From contig OX597826.1 of the NCBI GenBank assembly GCA_951406725.2, positions 11,160,001 through 11,224,000 on the forward strand: 64,000 bases of DNA. The letters run 5' to 3'. This stretch comes from Octopus vulgaris (Eukaryota). This document shows, one piece after another, positions 39,185-52,092 of the stretch (positions are counted from its first letter, which is position 1; every line of letters starts with the position of its first letter). The notes below the pieces were generated by a model that worked only from the letters and a program-made list of their open reading frames with translations, was not told the origin of the DNA and made no database searches. The translations under genes were made by a program, and so were the position numbers.

Positions 39185-40689
39185 ATGTGTGTATGTATGT
39201 ATATATAAAATATATATATATGTGTATATGTATACATATATGTATACATATACAGACACATGCACACAGACACACACACTAACATATACATAGTATTCAT
39301 ATGTATGTAAGTACGTACGTATGTATGTACGTACGTACGTATGTATGTATGTATGTATGTATGTATGTATGTACGTATGTATGTATGTATGTAAAATGGA
39401 ACGAAAATTGCTAAGCTAATACAACTGTTGATAATATAGAGAAACAACAACAACAAAAAAAGCCAGAAAAAAGACAAATAACTGACTGGATGAATATTAT
39501 AAATAGTTAAATAAATAAATGAAAGAATTAATAAATAAATGAATAAAGTAATAAAAACAAAGGATAAATAAATAAAACCTTTTTACTTGAAATCAGATAT
39601 TTCAGTTTAAAACATTCAATTAATAATACATTGAACCAATTTTCTAAAGATAAGAAAAATAAGAAAAATCCCTGTTAGGTATCGGGTCTGTTTTTATTTT
39701 TTCATTGTTGAATTCATCATATTAATAGTTTAGCTTTCGGGCAAAGCTGAAGCCGTAAAGATACTCAAACGCTGAACAACTAACTGTGTTTTATAGGCTG
39801 CCAATTCACGAAAAAGCTGTTAAAATTATAATCGACTAATTAGGTGCAGATAAGTAGAGATATATTTAAAATTTTCTAATAGATGTGATGTGGAAAAACC
39901 GGAATAATATAAATAAAAATGTCTGAAATAGGGATTAAAACATGCAAAGAGATTGAATATATTGAAATATTTGGTGATGAGCGCTATAGCACAAGAGATG
40001 CAAATAAATAAATAATAATTAAGGCGAGAAAAATAAAACGATTTGATGAAAAGCTCTTAGTTTCTGGTTAGAGAAAATTCACTTAATTTCACTACCAATG
40101 GACAAGTATTAATGCCTTGCAGTCGTATTCTTCTTCGTGAATATGTCACCCTATGTCAAATTAAGAAATAAATATATATTTGGAAAAGCGAATTAAAAAA
40201 ATTATTTTGATAAGCAAATTTTAAAATATGTTAATTTTTTTGGGGGGAAGTGGCAAAGGTTCCCACTTTTTTGAGATTTATGGAATAAAATAGCGCGGCA
40301 ATCATAATATTCTCACATAAACTAACAATGTAAAAGAGGCGAAGCCGCATCTCAAATTCAGTTGATAGGAGGAATTTTTTGCCGCTAAATTTACTCAGAG
40401 AAACAATAGACTAAATATATTTAATACAATCCATTTGGGAAGTGCCTACATAGTTGCTGGATATATTAGAAATAGCAGGCAAATCTCCCCCAAGTCTCAT
40501 TCAGCCATCCTAAAAAAACGGTAGGACACGTTTTGTAGTGTAATCTTAGAATATCCTAATCATACGGGATGCTCATGGAAGGAATACACATAAATTATAA
40601 GCTTGCGCATCAGGATTGATTTGAGGCTAACAACAACAGCCAATATTTTTACAGTTACAGAATCCTAGAAGTAATAAATAATAAGTTTT

Positions 40690-42400
40690 GCATCTAGTGC
40701 TATTTTAAGATTAGTACCTGCGTACAATATTCCATCTTCACTTTTCTTTTACTAGTATATATTGTACTTCGCTTAGTCCATCTATTCCTAAGTATTTTTT
40801 GTGTGTTTTGTCCCATATCTGTTTTTTCTTATCCAGCAACATTTAGTTTTTTTTTTCTTCTTTAAGCTCCGTGTACAGTCTGCAGCAGCGTTTTTAGTAT
40901 GTTATTACCTTCAGCGTACAACTTGAGGTTGCCTATACACAAAATATATTGTCTTCCGGTATTGTGTTCCGATATAGTTTCTTTCGGAGTCCAGTCTTGT
41001 TTGATATCGTAATTAAAGATGTTAACGTCAAGAAGGAAAGGAGTAGAGAGAGGGATTGCTTTGTAGCATCTTTATTCTAAAAGATAGAGTATCGGTTTCT
41101 ATAATGTCCTCTTTCGTCTGCACCGCCGGAATTGTTTTTTCGTTTACTGATTATGTAGTTTATGTATCAGCTTGTTATTTTTTGCTACTTAGTTTTGGAT
41201 AATGTTCCCAAGATCAGCGTCTGTGGGAAATATGTCATGTTCATTCCCTTCTTTCAATTTTCTTTTTATCGTAAGTTGTAGCTTTTTTTAAACCAGTAAT
41301 TGATCTCTTTTCAACCATATATGCCTTTCTGACATTTTCCACGCCCTCAAGAAATAATTACAACAGATTTAGAACTAATGTTTATTTATTCTCTGGGATA
41401 TTATTGTAGCTCCGATTCGTTAGTCTTGGAGTTTAAGATGGTATTTTCTCTTCTGACACAAGTTAGGGGTTGTTTCCGGCTCCATATGTTATTACATATT
41501 TTTGGTAGCACTTTTATATGTTCCTATTGAATATTTTGAACAGGAATTTGGTTATCTTATCATGTCCTTATACCTATTTCTTTACTACCCACAAGGGGCT
41601 AAACACAGAGAGGACAAACAAGGACAGACAAACGGATTAAGTCGATTACATCGACCCCAGTGCGTAACTGGTACTTATTTAATCGACCCCGAAAGGATGA
41701 AAGGCAAAGTCGACCTCAGCGGAATTTCAACTCAGAACGTAGCGGCAGACGAAATACGGCTATGCATTTCGCCCGGCGTGCTACCGTTTCTGCCAGCTCG
41801 CCGCCTATATCATGTCCTAATACCGTTTAGTTGTTTTTGCTGTTGTAATTTTCAACGTCTGGACTATTTCTGTTAGCTTCTCGCGATTGTTCAACAGCTT
41901 TGTTTATCATTTTTGAAAACTCTAGCTCTCAACAAACCCTGCACCGACCTTAGTCCTTCACAGTTGTCTTCTCTTGCTGTTCTTGCTGCATTGATTAATA
42001 TTTTGTTTTTACATAAGTTCACGCTAAAGATAAATCATTTGGTTTCGAATCTAACTATTTATTTTTTTCAAATAATCGTTGCCATTTTTTCAAACGATCA
42101 TGTTCTTTGCAATTTAGCGAGGACCATCTGTATCAAGCATTCTCTTCTGAAATTTCTATGTATTTTATGTTACATTTCTATAATATTTGCCTCTCCTTTT
42201 ATTTTCGGTTTTGTCCCTTCTTTATTGATTTCATAAACAAGTAAGATATCTTTACGCATATTTTCCCCCCTTTTCTGTATGTTTGTGTTCCTTGTTATTT
42301 ACTAAGGTTTTCATATTATTCTATGAATATATTTACAGGAATATACACTTTCCGTTGCAACAAAAGTACCCAGAACCTATATTATGTTGTTTAAGCCGGT
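40690..42400 (-). mobile_element. Highly decayed LINE remnant (possibly R4/Dong-like), interrupted by SINE-A
   Basis: A-rich coding-like minus strand with short W-containing fragments; adjacent to clearer R4/Dong pieces. Confidence 0.35.
41575..41807 (-). mobile_element. SINE-A with ~17-bp TSD
   Basis: tatcatgtcct[t/a]atacc at 41558-41574 and 41808-41824. Confidence 0.92.
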
Positions 42401-42412
42401 GATTATTATTAA

Positions 42413-42617
42413 TAAGGCAGCGAGCTGGTAAAATAGTTAACAACCCAGACAAAATGTTTAGCGGCATTTCTTTAGGGTTTACGTTCTGAGTTCAAATTCC
42501 ACCGAGGTCGAATTTGCCTTTCATCCTTTCGGGGTCAATAAATTACTGAAACATTGGGGTCGATGTAATCGACAAGTCCCCTCCCCTCAAATTTCAGGCC
42601 TTGCGCCCTCAGTTGAA

Positions 42618-42620
<3 letters not shown>
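42413..42620 (+). mobile_element. SINE-A
   Basis: aggcagcgagctggt...gttctgagttcaaattcc. Confidence 0.85.
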
Positions 42621-42665
<45 letters not shown>

Positions 42666-42753
42666 GTTGTTGTTGTTGTTGTTGTTGTCGTTGTTGTCGT
42701 TGTTGTTGTCGTTGTTGTTGTCGTTGTTGTCGTTGTTGTCGTTGTTGTTGTTG

Positions 42754-42818
<65 letters not shown>

Positions 42819-42832
42819 ATCATTATTACTAT
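42618..42832. repeat. (TTA)n(TTG/TCG)n(TTA)n array
   Basis: Direct runs; abuts the 3' end of the R4/Dong LINE. Confidence 0.95.
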
Positions 42833-42834
42833 TT

Positions 42835-43815
42835 ATTGTCTTTGCAGAGCTTCTATCGCTGGAGATGTACTACGGTGTCAGCTGTTCACTACCAGTGAAC
42901 TAAGGTAACACCCCTTATTTTTCGAACACCATCCAGAGTATTCGAGCGGTTCCAAGCAATGTTATTTTCTGCAAGTGCTCCACCCTTATTGCAGCCCCAA
43001 TTTGTTCTATGTACTTCTCAAGATTTTTACTCAGCGTTCCCAGGGCTCCGACAATTACTGGTACCACTACCACAACTGCTTAAGCTTCAAAGCTAACCTG
43101 TCGGCATTTTTTTCTTTCTTATCACATACCTTGTTGTAAGCTTGGCATGCTATATCTATAATCCAGCATCGTTTGCTTTCTTTCTCAATTAACACTATGT
43201 TTGGTTTCCTATTCTCCATCTCATGGTCGCACTGAATCATAAAATCCCGTAGGATTTTTGCATTATCATTTTCGATGATGCCTTCGGGTTTACGTTCGTA
43301 CCACTTTTTTGTTCTATCAAGTCTATACTTGTTGCAAAGTGTGCAATGGACAATCCTTGCTATATTGTCATGACGTGTCTTATATTCTTTCTGGACTAGT
43401 GGCGTACATTGATCGGTCATATACCATACGGTTCCTCCAGTTTGTCCACAAATTCTGCACTTATTCCTTTCCGATGTGTTCTCTATTCTGCATTTTATGA
43501 AATTGGTTATTAATGCTTGTTTTTGGGCAGCACAGATTAGAGCCTACGTTTCCGGTTTTAAATCACTTTTAGTCATCCACAGCCATCTTTTTTCTCTGTC
43601 TGTCTTATCTTCAACATCCCTATGAAATTGACCATTCATTCTTTTCTTTACCCACCTATTTTCAGTTACATTCATTCTCAAATGTTTGTACAGTGCTTTA
43701 TCTTTGCAATCTTTCATCCTACACAAGCCTTACCTTCTTACTTCTAGTAGTAGCAGTTCTGTGACATTTTTTACATACCATATTCCGTCCGTTTAATTTC
43801 GACTTAAGTATCAGT
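42835..43815 (-). mobile_element. R4/Dong-like LINE 3' part (restriction-like endonuclease)
   Basis: MNGQF..W.WM.KSDLKPET, YKTRHDNIARIVH, NRKPNIVLIEK..CWIIDIAC; ends in (TAA)n. Confidence 0.88.
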
Positions 43816-44100
43816 CTCTTGAAGAAGGTAAAGCTAGTGCCAATTATTGTTGGGTCCTTGCGAACAGTATTAGAAGGCATCAAGGAGAATATAAAGAAAA
43901 TTGGAATAGAGTGCCCAGTAGCACTCTTACGAAAGGTTTCCTTCCTTGGCACGGCCAGAATAATCAGGAAAGTTTTAGATAGCTGAAAAGAACGGAGGGC
44001 ATGGTACCGTAGGCTGCAGGTTATAAGCCTGCTACGCATGCAAAACCCCGGAAGCTCCATCAAAACCTGCGATAAAGAGAAAATAATAATAACAATAATC
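43816..44100 (+). mobile_element. Second R4/Dong-like 3' end, opposite orientation
   Basis: VKLVPIIVGSLRTV..LLRKVSFLGTARIIRKVLDS* followed by a UTR and (AAT)n. Confidence 0.8.
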
Positions 44101-44483
44101 CTTTTTACTAAAGGCACAAGGCCTGGAATTTTGGGGGAGGGGACTAGTCGAATACATCGACTCCACTGTTTCACTGGTTCTTTAATTTATCGACCCCGAA
44201 AGAATGAAAGGCAAAGTCGACTTTGGCGGAATTTGAACTCAGAACGTAGCGATAGACGAAATACCTATTTCTTTATTACTCACAAGGGGCTAAACAACGA
44301 CAGACAAACGGATTAAGTCGGTTACATCGACCCCAGTGCGTAACTGGTACTTAGTTTATCGACCCCGAAAAGATGAAAGGTAAAGTCGACCTCGGCGGAA
44401 TTAGAACTCAGAACGTGGCGATAGACGAAATACCGCTATGCAATTCGCCCAGCGTGATAACGATTCTGCCAGCTCACCGCCTT
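44098..44483 (-). mobile_element. SINE-A dimer
   Basis: Junction gaaatacctatttcttt near 44258. Confidence 0.9.
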
Positions 44484-44492
44484 AATAATGAT

Positions 44493-44525
<33 letters not shown>

Positions 44526-44559
44526 AATAATAATAATAATAATTATTATTATTATCATT

Positions 44560-44940
44560 AAGGTGGCGAGCTGGCAGAAACGTTAGCACGCCGGGTGAAA
44601 TGCTTAGCGGTATTTCGTCTGCCGTTAAGTTCTGAGTTCAAATTCCGCCGAGGTCGACTTTGCCTTACATTCTTTCGGGGTCGATAAATTAAGTACCAGT
44701 TACGCACTGGGTCTATATAATCAACTTAATCCGTTTGTCTGTCCTTGTTTGTCCCCTCTGTGTTTAGCCCTTTGTAGGTAATAAAGAAATAGGTATTTCG
44801 TCTGCCGCTACGTTCTGAGTTCAAATTCCGCCGAGGTCGACTTTGCCTTTCATCCTTTCGGGGTCGATTAAATAAGTAGCAGTTACGCACTGGGGTCGTT
44901 TTAATCGACTAGTCCCTTTCCTCCTATTGTGCCTAGAGTC
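44560..44940 (+). mobile_element. SINE-A dimer
   Basis: Junction aaagaaataggtatttcgtc near 44782-44802. Confidence 0.9.
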
Positions 44941-45866
44941 GATATAATAATAATTATTATTGCCATTGTGCAATATAGATGACGTGATACGTTTTCTGTT
45001 GGTGAACTTTCAATGAAGTGTAATGTATGTGTTTAGGTTTCACTCTCACTCGCCCAATACCTGCAACTGTCTCACTCATTCTTCTCTCTCATGTAATACA
45101 GTCGTGCCCTTTTGGTGATAGCATACACCCTCTCTATTTCTCTCTCATTCCTTCCTTTCTACGTTCTCGTAGTCTAATCTTTTTATTCTATATTTGCAAT
45201 AAACAGCCTGTTCAATATGTAGCTAGCTGGAAGTTGAGATCTGTACATTGTGACAAAAACCAAATGGAAAACATTGAAAGGAAAATTTCAAAAGATTAGT
45301 TCACTGTCCTATTGGGTTTCACGAAACTAATCGAATAACGATTAGTTTGCTGAGAATAATGAAAGCGAGCCAACAGTTGGCTTAAAGGCTAAACACGATA
45401 TTCATCCGTGTCTGTGTGACTAAACGTTAACATATCACCCAAAAGAATGCACATTACTCGATAAATCCAACGCAGAGCTAATGTAATAACATCAACGGCG
45501 ACAATAGGCAAGATCAACGTTATCGAATAACAACAAACGAAAGAAGATGAGCAAATAAATAGATAGATAAATAGAATTGATAAATAAAAGGTAAAAGCTT
45601 GAGTAAACGGACTGAGAGGGAATCTGAAGTATTCAGAAATAATTGACATTCGATAAAGACGTTTAAAATCCTTGCATGAAAAGATATTAAAACAGAGACA
45701 CTTCTCCTTGGCACAGAGTCATATAATTTAACTCAGATATAGAACGGACATTTATCAGCATCAGTGAAAAGTCTTTCACAGTACGAACTAAAGTTAGAAC
45801 GTGTGGCAGTTATTTAGCCATGGGTGTGCTACCGCTTACGAAGCAATGATAATATTATATTATTTT

Positions 45867-46495
45867 AAGGCGGCGAGCTGGCAGAAACGTTTGCAAGGCG
45901 TGGCGAAATGCGTAGCGGTATTTCGTCTGCCGTTACGTTCTGAGTTCAAATTCCGCCAAGGTCGACTTTGGCTTCCATCCTTTCGAGGTCGATTAAATAA
46001 GTACCAGTTCCGCACTGGGGTCGATATAATCGACTTAATCCGTTTGTCTGTCCTTGTTTGTCCTCTCTGTGTTTAGCCCCTTGTGGGTAGTAAAGAAACA
46101 GGTATTTCGTCTGCCGCTACGTTTCTGAGTTCAAATTCCGCCGAGGTCGACTTTGCCTTTCATCCTTTCGGTGTCAATAGATTAAGTGCTAGCTGCGTAC
46201 TGGGGTAGATCTAATCGATTGGTCGCCATCCCCAAAATTTCGGGCCTTGCGCCTAGAGTAGAAAAGAATATTTTATTATTTTAAGGCAGCGAGCTGGCAG
46301 ATTCGTTAGCACGCCGGGCAAAATGCTTAGCGGTGTTTCATTGGTCTTTACGTTATGAGTTCAATTTCCGCCGAGGTCGATTTTGCCTTTGATCCTTTCC
46401 GGGTTGAGATAATAAGCATCAGTTGTGTGCTGGGATCGATGTTATCGACTTACCTACTCCCCCGATATTACTGGTTTTGTGCCAGAATTTGAATC
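45867..46495 (+). mobile_element. SINE-A dimer (45867-46270) followed by a monomer (46283-46495)
   Basis: Heads aggcggcgagctggcaga; junction aaagaaacaggtatttc. Confidence 0.9.
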
Positions 46496-46826
46496 AGTAT
46501 TTTGTTTCTTTGTGTGAAGGGCGTATTCAATACTGACATATATAAATGATTTTTATATTTAGCTACATGACCGTAACTTTATCGATAAAAGGAATCAGGT
46601 TACATGATGTCATACTATGAAAATCATAAGAAGTGTTTCTAAGTCGAAAAATGCTTGAGTTAGTAACGAATTCGACTCACGGAAGTTTAGCTTTCGTTCT
46701 AATAATCAGGATTTCTAGGATAATATATATATATATATATGTAGGTCCCGGGTTGAGTCGGGGTTAACCACAGTAAATAAGGTACTCAATACATAGCAGA
46801 GTAAATTAATTTATTTTATAGAAGGA

Positions 46827-46875
46827 GCTTCTACAGGACTAGAACTGTTTCATTCAAATGAAATCATCAGGAAGC
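46827..46875 (-). ncRNA. Type I hammerhead (minus arm of palindrome)
   Basis: Identical to the plus-arm motif at 46874-46922. Confidence 0.75.
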
Positions 46876-46922
46876 TTCCTGATGATTTCATTTGAATGAA
46901 ACAGTTCTAGTCCTGTAGAAGC
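46874..46922 (+). ncRNA. Type I hammerhead (plus arm of palindrome)
   Basis: gcttc CTGATGA tttcatttgaat GAA ACAG ttctagtc CTGT A gaagc; U-U at the base of stem II. Confidence 0.75.
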
Positions 46923-46928
46923 TCCTTC

Positions 46929-46960
<32 letters not shown>

Positions 46961-46964
<4 letters not shown>

Positions 46965-47183
46965 TCGTTTTGGGATTTGGTTTGCAAGATTCTTTATATG
47001 AGTTCGTGTGTTGAAGCATATTCTGTTGTATCTGGGGAGAGTCAAAACTATTGAAAAACTTGCAAGACGCAACTAAAATTTTAGGACAATAAAAATAAGA
47101 AAAACGTGGAAATGTCACCGGTCAGTATGTTACATAATAAAACGCAAAAAGAAAATGACTCTCCTCAGACATAATAGAATATA
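46961..47183. repeat. Repeat F2, direct plus inverted pieces
   Basis: tctggggagagtca (about 47031-47044) versus tgactctcctcaga (about 47156-47169); homologous to 5963-6115. Confidence 0.7.
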
Positions 47184-47483
47184 TAGATGTTATTGAGGTC
47201 AAATGTCTATTTGGAAAGAGATCATTAGGTCATTAGCATTGGGTGTAATTGAAGGAGACTTGCTTAAGCAAAACATTGTTTCGAGAACTTGATATGTTGG
47301 ATCGTACCCATTGCTTACAAAAAAACTCAAAGCTCGGAAGTGTAAATGTTTCTATCAAACATTTATATGAAGTTCTTGTTAATAATGCTCTTCATCACTG
47401 AATTGCTCTGTTTTTCGATATGCTGAAGTGTTGCCAGGCTGGAAGGACAGCGTCGTTTAGGAACTTGGCGACTGGGTGCCAAT

Positions 47484-49268
47484 TTAAAGCACTTCATCGT
47501 TAACATCTCCAAGATTTTTAGGAAAACAATCAAGAGGACTAAAAAGATAATGCCTTTTGATGCTCATATTCGCGCCATTATCACGAAAAGTTGATATCAA
47601 GTTGGTAACAAGGTCTTTATGGTTTTCACTGTTGTGTTTCCCTAGGAAATTTTGCACTACGTCTGCAAAGGCTAGCCAAGCTGATGCTTCATTTTCGCTC
47701 ATCGTTTTCATGAAATTTGTGTCCTTCAAGAGCTTATGGATCTGTGGTCCATCGAAAATCCCTGCTTTAAGCTTTTCAATCGTCAAGTCTGGAAATATAC
47801 TGAAGATAAACTTGAAGCACTCTCTATTTTTGTCAAGAGCTTTGACGAATTGCTTTATCAATTCGAGTTTGATGTGTAAAAGGCGGGAAAATGATCTTAT
47901 CTCGCTCAACTAAAGGTTCTTCCAATACATTGGCCGCTCTACATTGATCCATATTTATTCGAGGCGGCCGGTCTTTCTTAACATAGTAGTTTCCTTGGTC
48001 TCTACTGTCCCACATGCAAAGAAAGCATGGATATTTGGTTTAACTAGAAGGCTGTTCCATGAGAAAATTCACCATGGAAAAGTCAACGCAGATGACCCAT
48101 TTATGATCATGATATAGTATCTTCTCTAAAACCAACTTAATTTCTCTATATTTTTCCTTCAGAGTTGTTGAGTAGCCGAGTGGGACAGAGCCATACACAT
48201 TTCCGTTATGTACACATTTTAAACTACGCTTAGAGCTGTCTATAAAAAGACACCATTCCTCTGGTTTGTACTCCTCAATGCCAAGTTTATTAAGAAGCCT
48301 ACTGACATCTCTACAGTAAAACAGCTCTTCCTCTTTTGTGAAGATAGGAACTCTTCATGCCGGTTTCGATAAAAGGTTATACGGACACCCTTTTCTAGAA
48401 GAGTCTTCTCTTTCAGTCGAGAAGGTAACAGTTCTGCAGAATTTTTGGGGGAAGATCAAGTCACGAATTAGATCATTCAGCTCTGAGAGAATAGATGAGG
48501 TAAAATCGAAACTGAAAAGTCTTGATCTCTAGTGTCTTCTTCAGGTGATGAATCTTCTTTGGTTGGGGATAAAGTTAGTTATCTGAGGCAAAACATTGAA
48601 GACAGGAACAGGAAACTCTTCACTGTGTGGAACCAGTGTAATAGCAGAGGCAAGATTAGGATACACGAGCGTTTGTCGATTTTTCGGTTAATACTCTTCA
48701 AATGTAGGTTACAAGAATAGCAGTCGTCCACGTGATTATGGGGCTCCTGCCATAACATTGGTATAGCAAACCTCATACTGTTCCTTGTCCCTTTAGTCCA
48801 TTGTCGTAAATGTTCTGTACATTGTTTGCAGACGCTATGCGGTGCCCAATATTTATCTTGGTCTCCCAGCTTCACCCCAAAATATGCTTTTTCGATTTTC
48901 AGCTAATGTGTATTCGCCACAAACAACAAACCACATTTGGAGAATTAACGCAACACTTTCTCATTTTCTATTGCTTTGTTCACCACAACATCTAAAACGT
49001 ATGGAAAAAGAAAAGATAAAATTTAGAATTAGAATAGGGTGACGAACACTGCGTACTGGACGTACACGCATACATAGTGACTGTAGGGATGTTCAATGAC
49101 TTAAAAACTATATCTGATGGGTTAAAAAGGTTATATCTGGATTCAGGAGACCGATTTTGTAAAGTATGATGTCTATTTCCTAAACACCAAAAACCTTGTA
49201 GACCAAGTTTTATAACTTTTAACCCTTTCTCCAATAAAAGACACCCTCTAATGACGGTTAAACAGTGA
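47484..49268 (-). mobile_element. Decayed DNA transposon, probably CMC/Chapaev-3-type transposase
   Basis: KLGDQDKYWAPHSVCKQC, FAIPMLWQEPHNHVDDCYSC, LHIKLELIKQFVKAL, KLKAGIFDGPQI, GANMSIK.HYL..FPKNLG; possible CACTG terminus at 49268. Family assignment is from recall. Confidence 0.7.
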
Positions 49269-49822
49269 TTTATCAGCGAGTTTATTATCTTAGTACACTA
49301 TAAATCATTATTCATTACCTTTCTTCTATGAATTCATTGCCATTCGTTTGCAACTCTGAAGATTTCTTCACTAAAACTTCTGACTCTAAGCCATTTGTAC
49401 TTAATATAACAATTGATACATATGCTTCGAATTACTTAATGGTCAATATGTTTTATCTTCCAGAGTACGTCTCCTGTATGTTTTGTAACTTCATACTTAG
49501 CCACATTGTGTATCACAGCTTTGCAGATCCTTCGACGACTCTCAAACGTAATGTAGATTATGCAGATTACACGCAGTCGTCTCTTTCACCCACGCAGAAA
49601 AAACAGTGTATGGTCTTTGTACCGGAATTAATTGAACCAATGTTTCTGGTTCCTTTATAGAGTAAATCCTGTACAGATTTTTACTCTTCACTAAAGTTTC
49701 TTTGCAAACTTTTGTTTAAGCATTACATGTTTCTTCTTCCAGATGCCTCTAATTCTCATATATTTTCTTTTTCTTCTCCTCTTTATCAAAACAAAACATT
49801 CTACTCTTCAACCTATCAAAAT

Positions 49823-50240
49823 CAGGAGTGTCTGTGTGGTAAGTAGCATGCTTACCAGCCACCTGGTTCCGGGTTCATTCCCACTGCGTGGCACCTTGGG
49901 CAAGTGTCTTCTACTATAGCCTCGGGCCGACCAAAGCCTTGTGAGTGGATTTGGTAGACGGAAACTGAAAGAAGCCTGTCGTATATATGTATATATATAT
50001 GTATATGTATGTGTGTGTCTATGTTTGTGTGTCTGTGTTTGTCTCCCCAATATCGCTTGACAACCGATGCTGGTGTGTTTACGTCCCCATAACTTAGCGT
50101 TTCGGCAAAAGAGACTGATAGAATAAGTACTAGGCTCCCAAAGAATAAGTCCTGGGGTCGATTTGCTCGACTAAAGGTGGTGCTCCAGCAAGGCCGCAGT
50201 CAAATGACTGGAACAAGTAAAAGAGTAAAAGAATAAAAGA
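49823..50240 (+). mobile_element. SINE-B full copy
   Basis: Head, body and tail all present. Confidence 0.92.
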
Positions 50241-50427
50241 GATGATCCTGCACATTATGTGTATCTGTGCTTAGGTTTCACATTGTGTTTAAAATCCTTT
50301 TACGTAAAATTCTCCGACAATATTTGTTCTAGAATGACTCTGATCTTTATTTCTATTTATTTAGTCCCTTTCAGAAACATAGAAATCTAAGGGATATTTG
50401 AGATGAAATTACACAATCTTTCCAATT

Positions 50428-50705
50428 TGCTGTTAATTTATCTCTGAACACATTCTGTTACTTATGAACCGAGTTTCCGTTTTAGCACCATCATTAGTGC
50501 CACGGTCATTATTCATATGTTTCAAAATAATAGGACTAGTTGGAGTAAATTCCTTGATACCGGTGGCTTTTGCTGTTAATTATTATGAACAAATTCTGTT
50601 ACTTATACCATTTTAGCACCATCATCAGCACCACAGTCATTATACATACGCTTCAGGATAATGGAACTAATTGAACTAAATTCTTTGAAATCGTTGGCTT
50701 TTTGT
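50428..50705. repeat. Diverged tandem duplication of a ~140-bp unit
   Basis: tgctgttaatt..attctgttacttat..ttttagcaccatcat..ggcttt occurs twice. Confidence 0.85.
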
Positions 50706-51734
50706 TCATTATTAAAATTCTTGAGTATAAGAATTTTGCTGTTTGTTTATTCCAAGTTTATTATTGCAGCTGTGTATTTTATCTACTATTTTTATAAGAT
50801 TAACTAGTTTCCCGTTTAATGCTGTTGCATTTAATCGTTAATCTATTTAAAACATATTAGGTATTTCAGTTGTTAGTCTTTTGTCTATTATATTCTTGTG
50901 TTAGCTTTATAGCTCTTTTTTCTCAGAATAACACCTCACTACATTTCTGATTTATTTTTATCTCTGTGAATTATATGTGTACTCTGATCAGTTCATCTTG
51001 ACCTTCTCTGATTTGGCCAGTACAAGAATCTGTCAGCGTACAGAGTTGACACGAAAGCATCAAGTTTATCAAGTTGATCAACTAGAAATAGCAACCAATT
51101 CTACTTCAAATCATATCTTACCAACTTAAATAAGATTGGATAATTGTTATGCGGATAATAGTTATAATGGAACCCCCCCCCCTACGTGATGAGTGGTATG
51201 TGGTAGTCGTTCCAAATACTTTGACGTAGGACTTCGAGACAGTGTCAGTCGAACAGTCGGTTATAGATAGATAGTCGTGTCTTACTTGCCTAACTATACT
51301 GCTATACCGGAGTGGGTGTTATAACTACCCGACTGAAGATTACAACAGTGGCGATCAGGAATTAACAAACTCACAAGGAATTAACAAATTTACGAGGATT
51401 CAACAGACTCACAAGTAGTTATGAAACTTACAAAGGTTTTTTTGTGCGAATTTTACTGTATACAAAATCGTAAAATTATGGAAGATTTGTTGGCCGGTTT
51501 GCTTGAGTTGCAAAAACAACAACAACAACAATTATTACTACAACAAATGCTACAATTAAGGAATAGCAAGTCGTCCAAAAATGCTGAAATGTCGAGGAAT
51601 TTCCATGTTGGATATCCTGGTATTTCGAGGATGAAAGCTTGGATGTGTAGTTACGTGTACTGGCCAAAAATGGATACAGAAATCGAAAATTTAGTGAAAG
51701 GCTGCCGAGGAAGTGCGCTAGCGGCAAAATTACC

Positions 51735-51962
51735 CATTTCTTTACTACCCACAAGGGGCTAAACACAGAGGGGACAAACAAGGACAAACGGATTAAGTCG
51801 ATTATATCGACCCCAGTGCGCAACTGGTACTTATTTAATCGACCCCGAAAGGATGAAAGGCAAAGTCGACCTCGGCGGAATTTGAACTCAGAACGTAAAG
51901 ACAGACGAAATACCGCTACGCATTTCGCCCAGCGTGCTAACGTTTCTGTCAGCTCGCCGCCT
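51735..51962 (-). mobile_element. SINE-A, 3' part of a chimeric insert in the Gypsy integrase
   Basis: Consensus-like copy; shares TSD ggcaaaattacc with the 28S fragment. Confidence 0.93.
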
Positions 51963-51990
51963 CTTTTTCTCTTCTCTCTCTCTTTTTTTT

Positions 51991-52092
51991 TTAAATATTT
52001 GCTACTACCACCGAGATCTGCACCCGCGGTCATCTTCACCCAGGTTCGCGCCCGCGGCTTCCATGCACGCCGCGGCGCCCTCCTATTCGACC
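51991..52092 (-). pseudogene. 28S rRNA internal fragment (~100 nt)
   Basis: Minus strand cgaataggaggg...GGTGCAGATCTCGGTGGTAGTAGCAAATATT matches a highly conserved eukaryotic LSU segment. Confidence 0.92.

Larger units (their letters stand above)
46815..46934. repeat. Perfect 120-bp palindrome centred on AAGCTT
   Basis: 46815-46874 is the exact reverse complement of 46875-46934. Confidence 0.95.
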
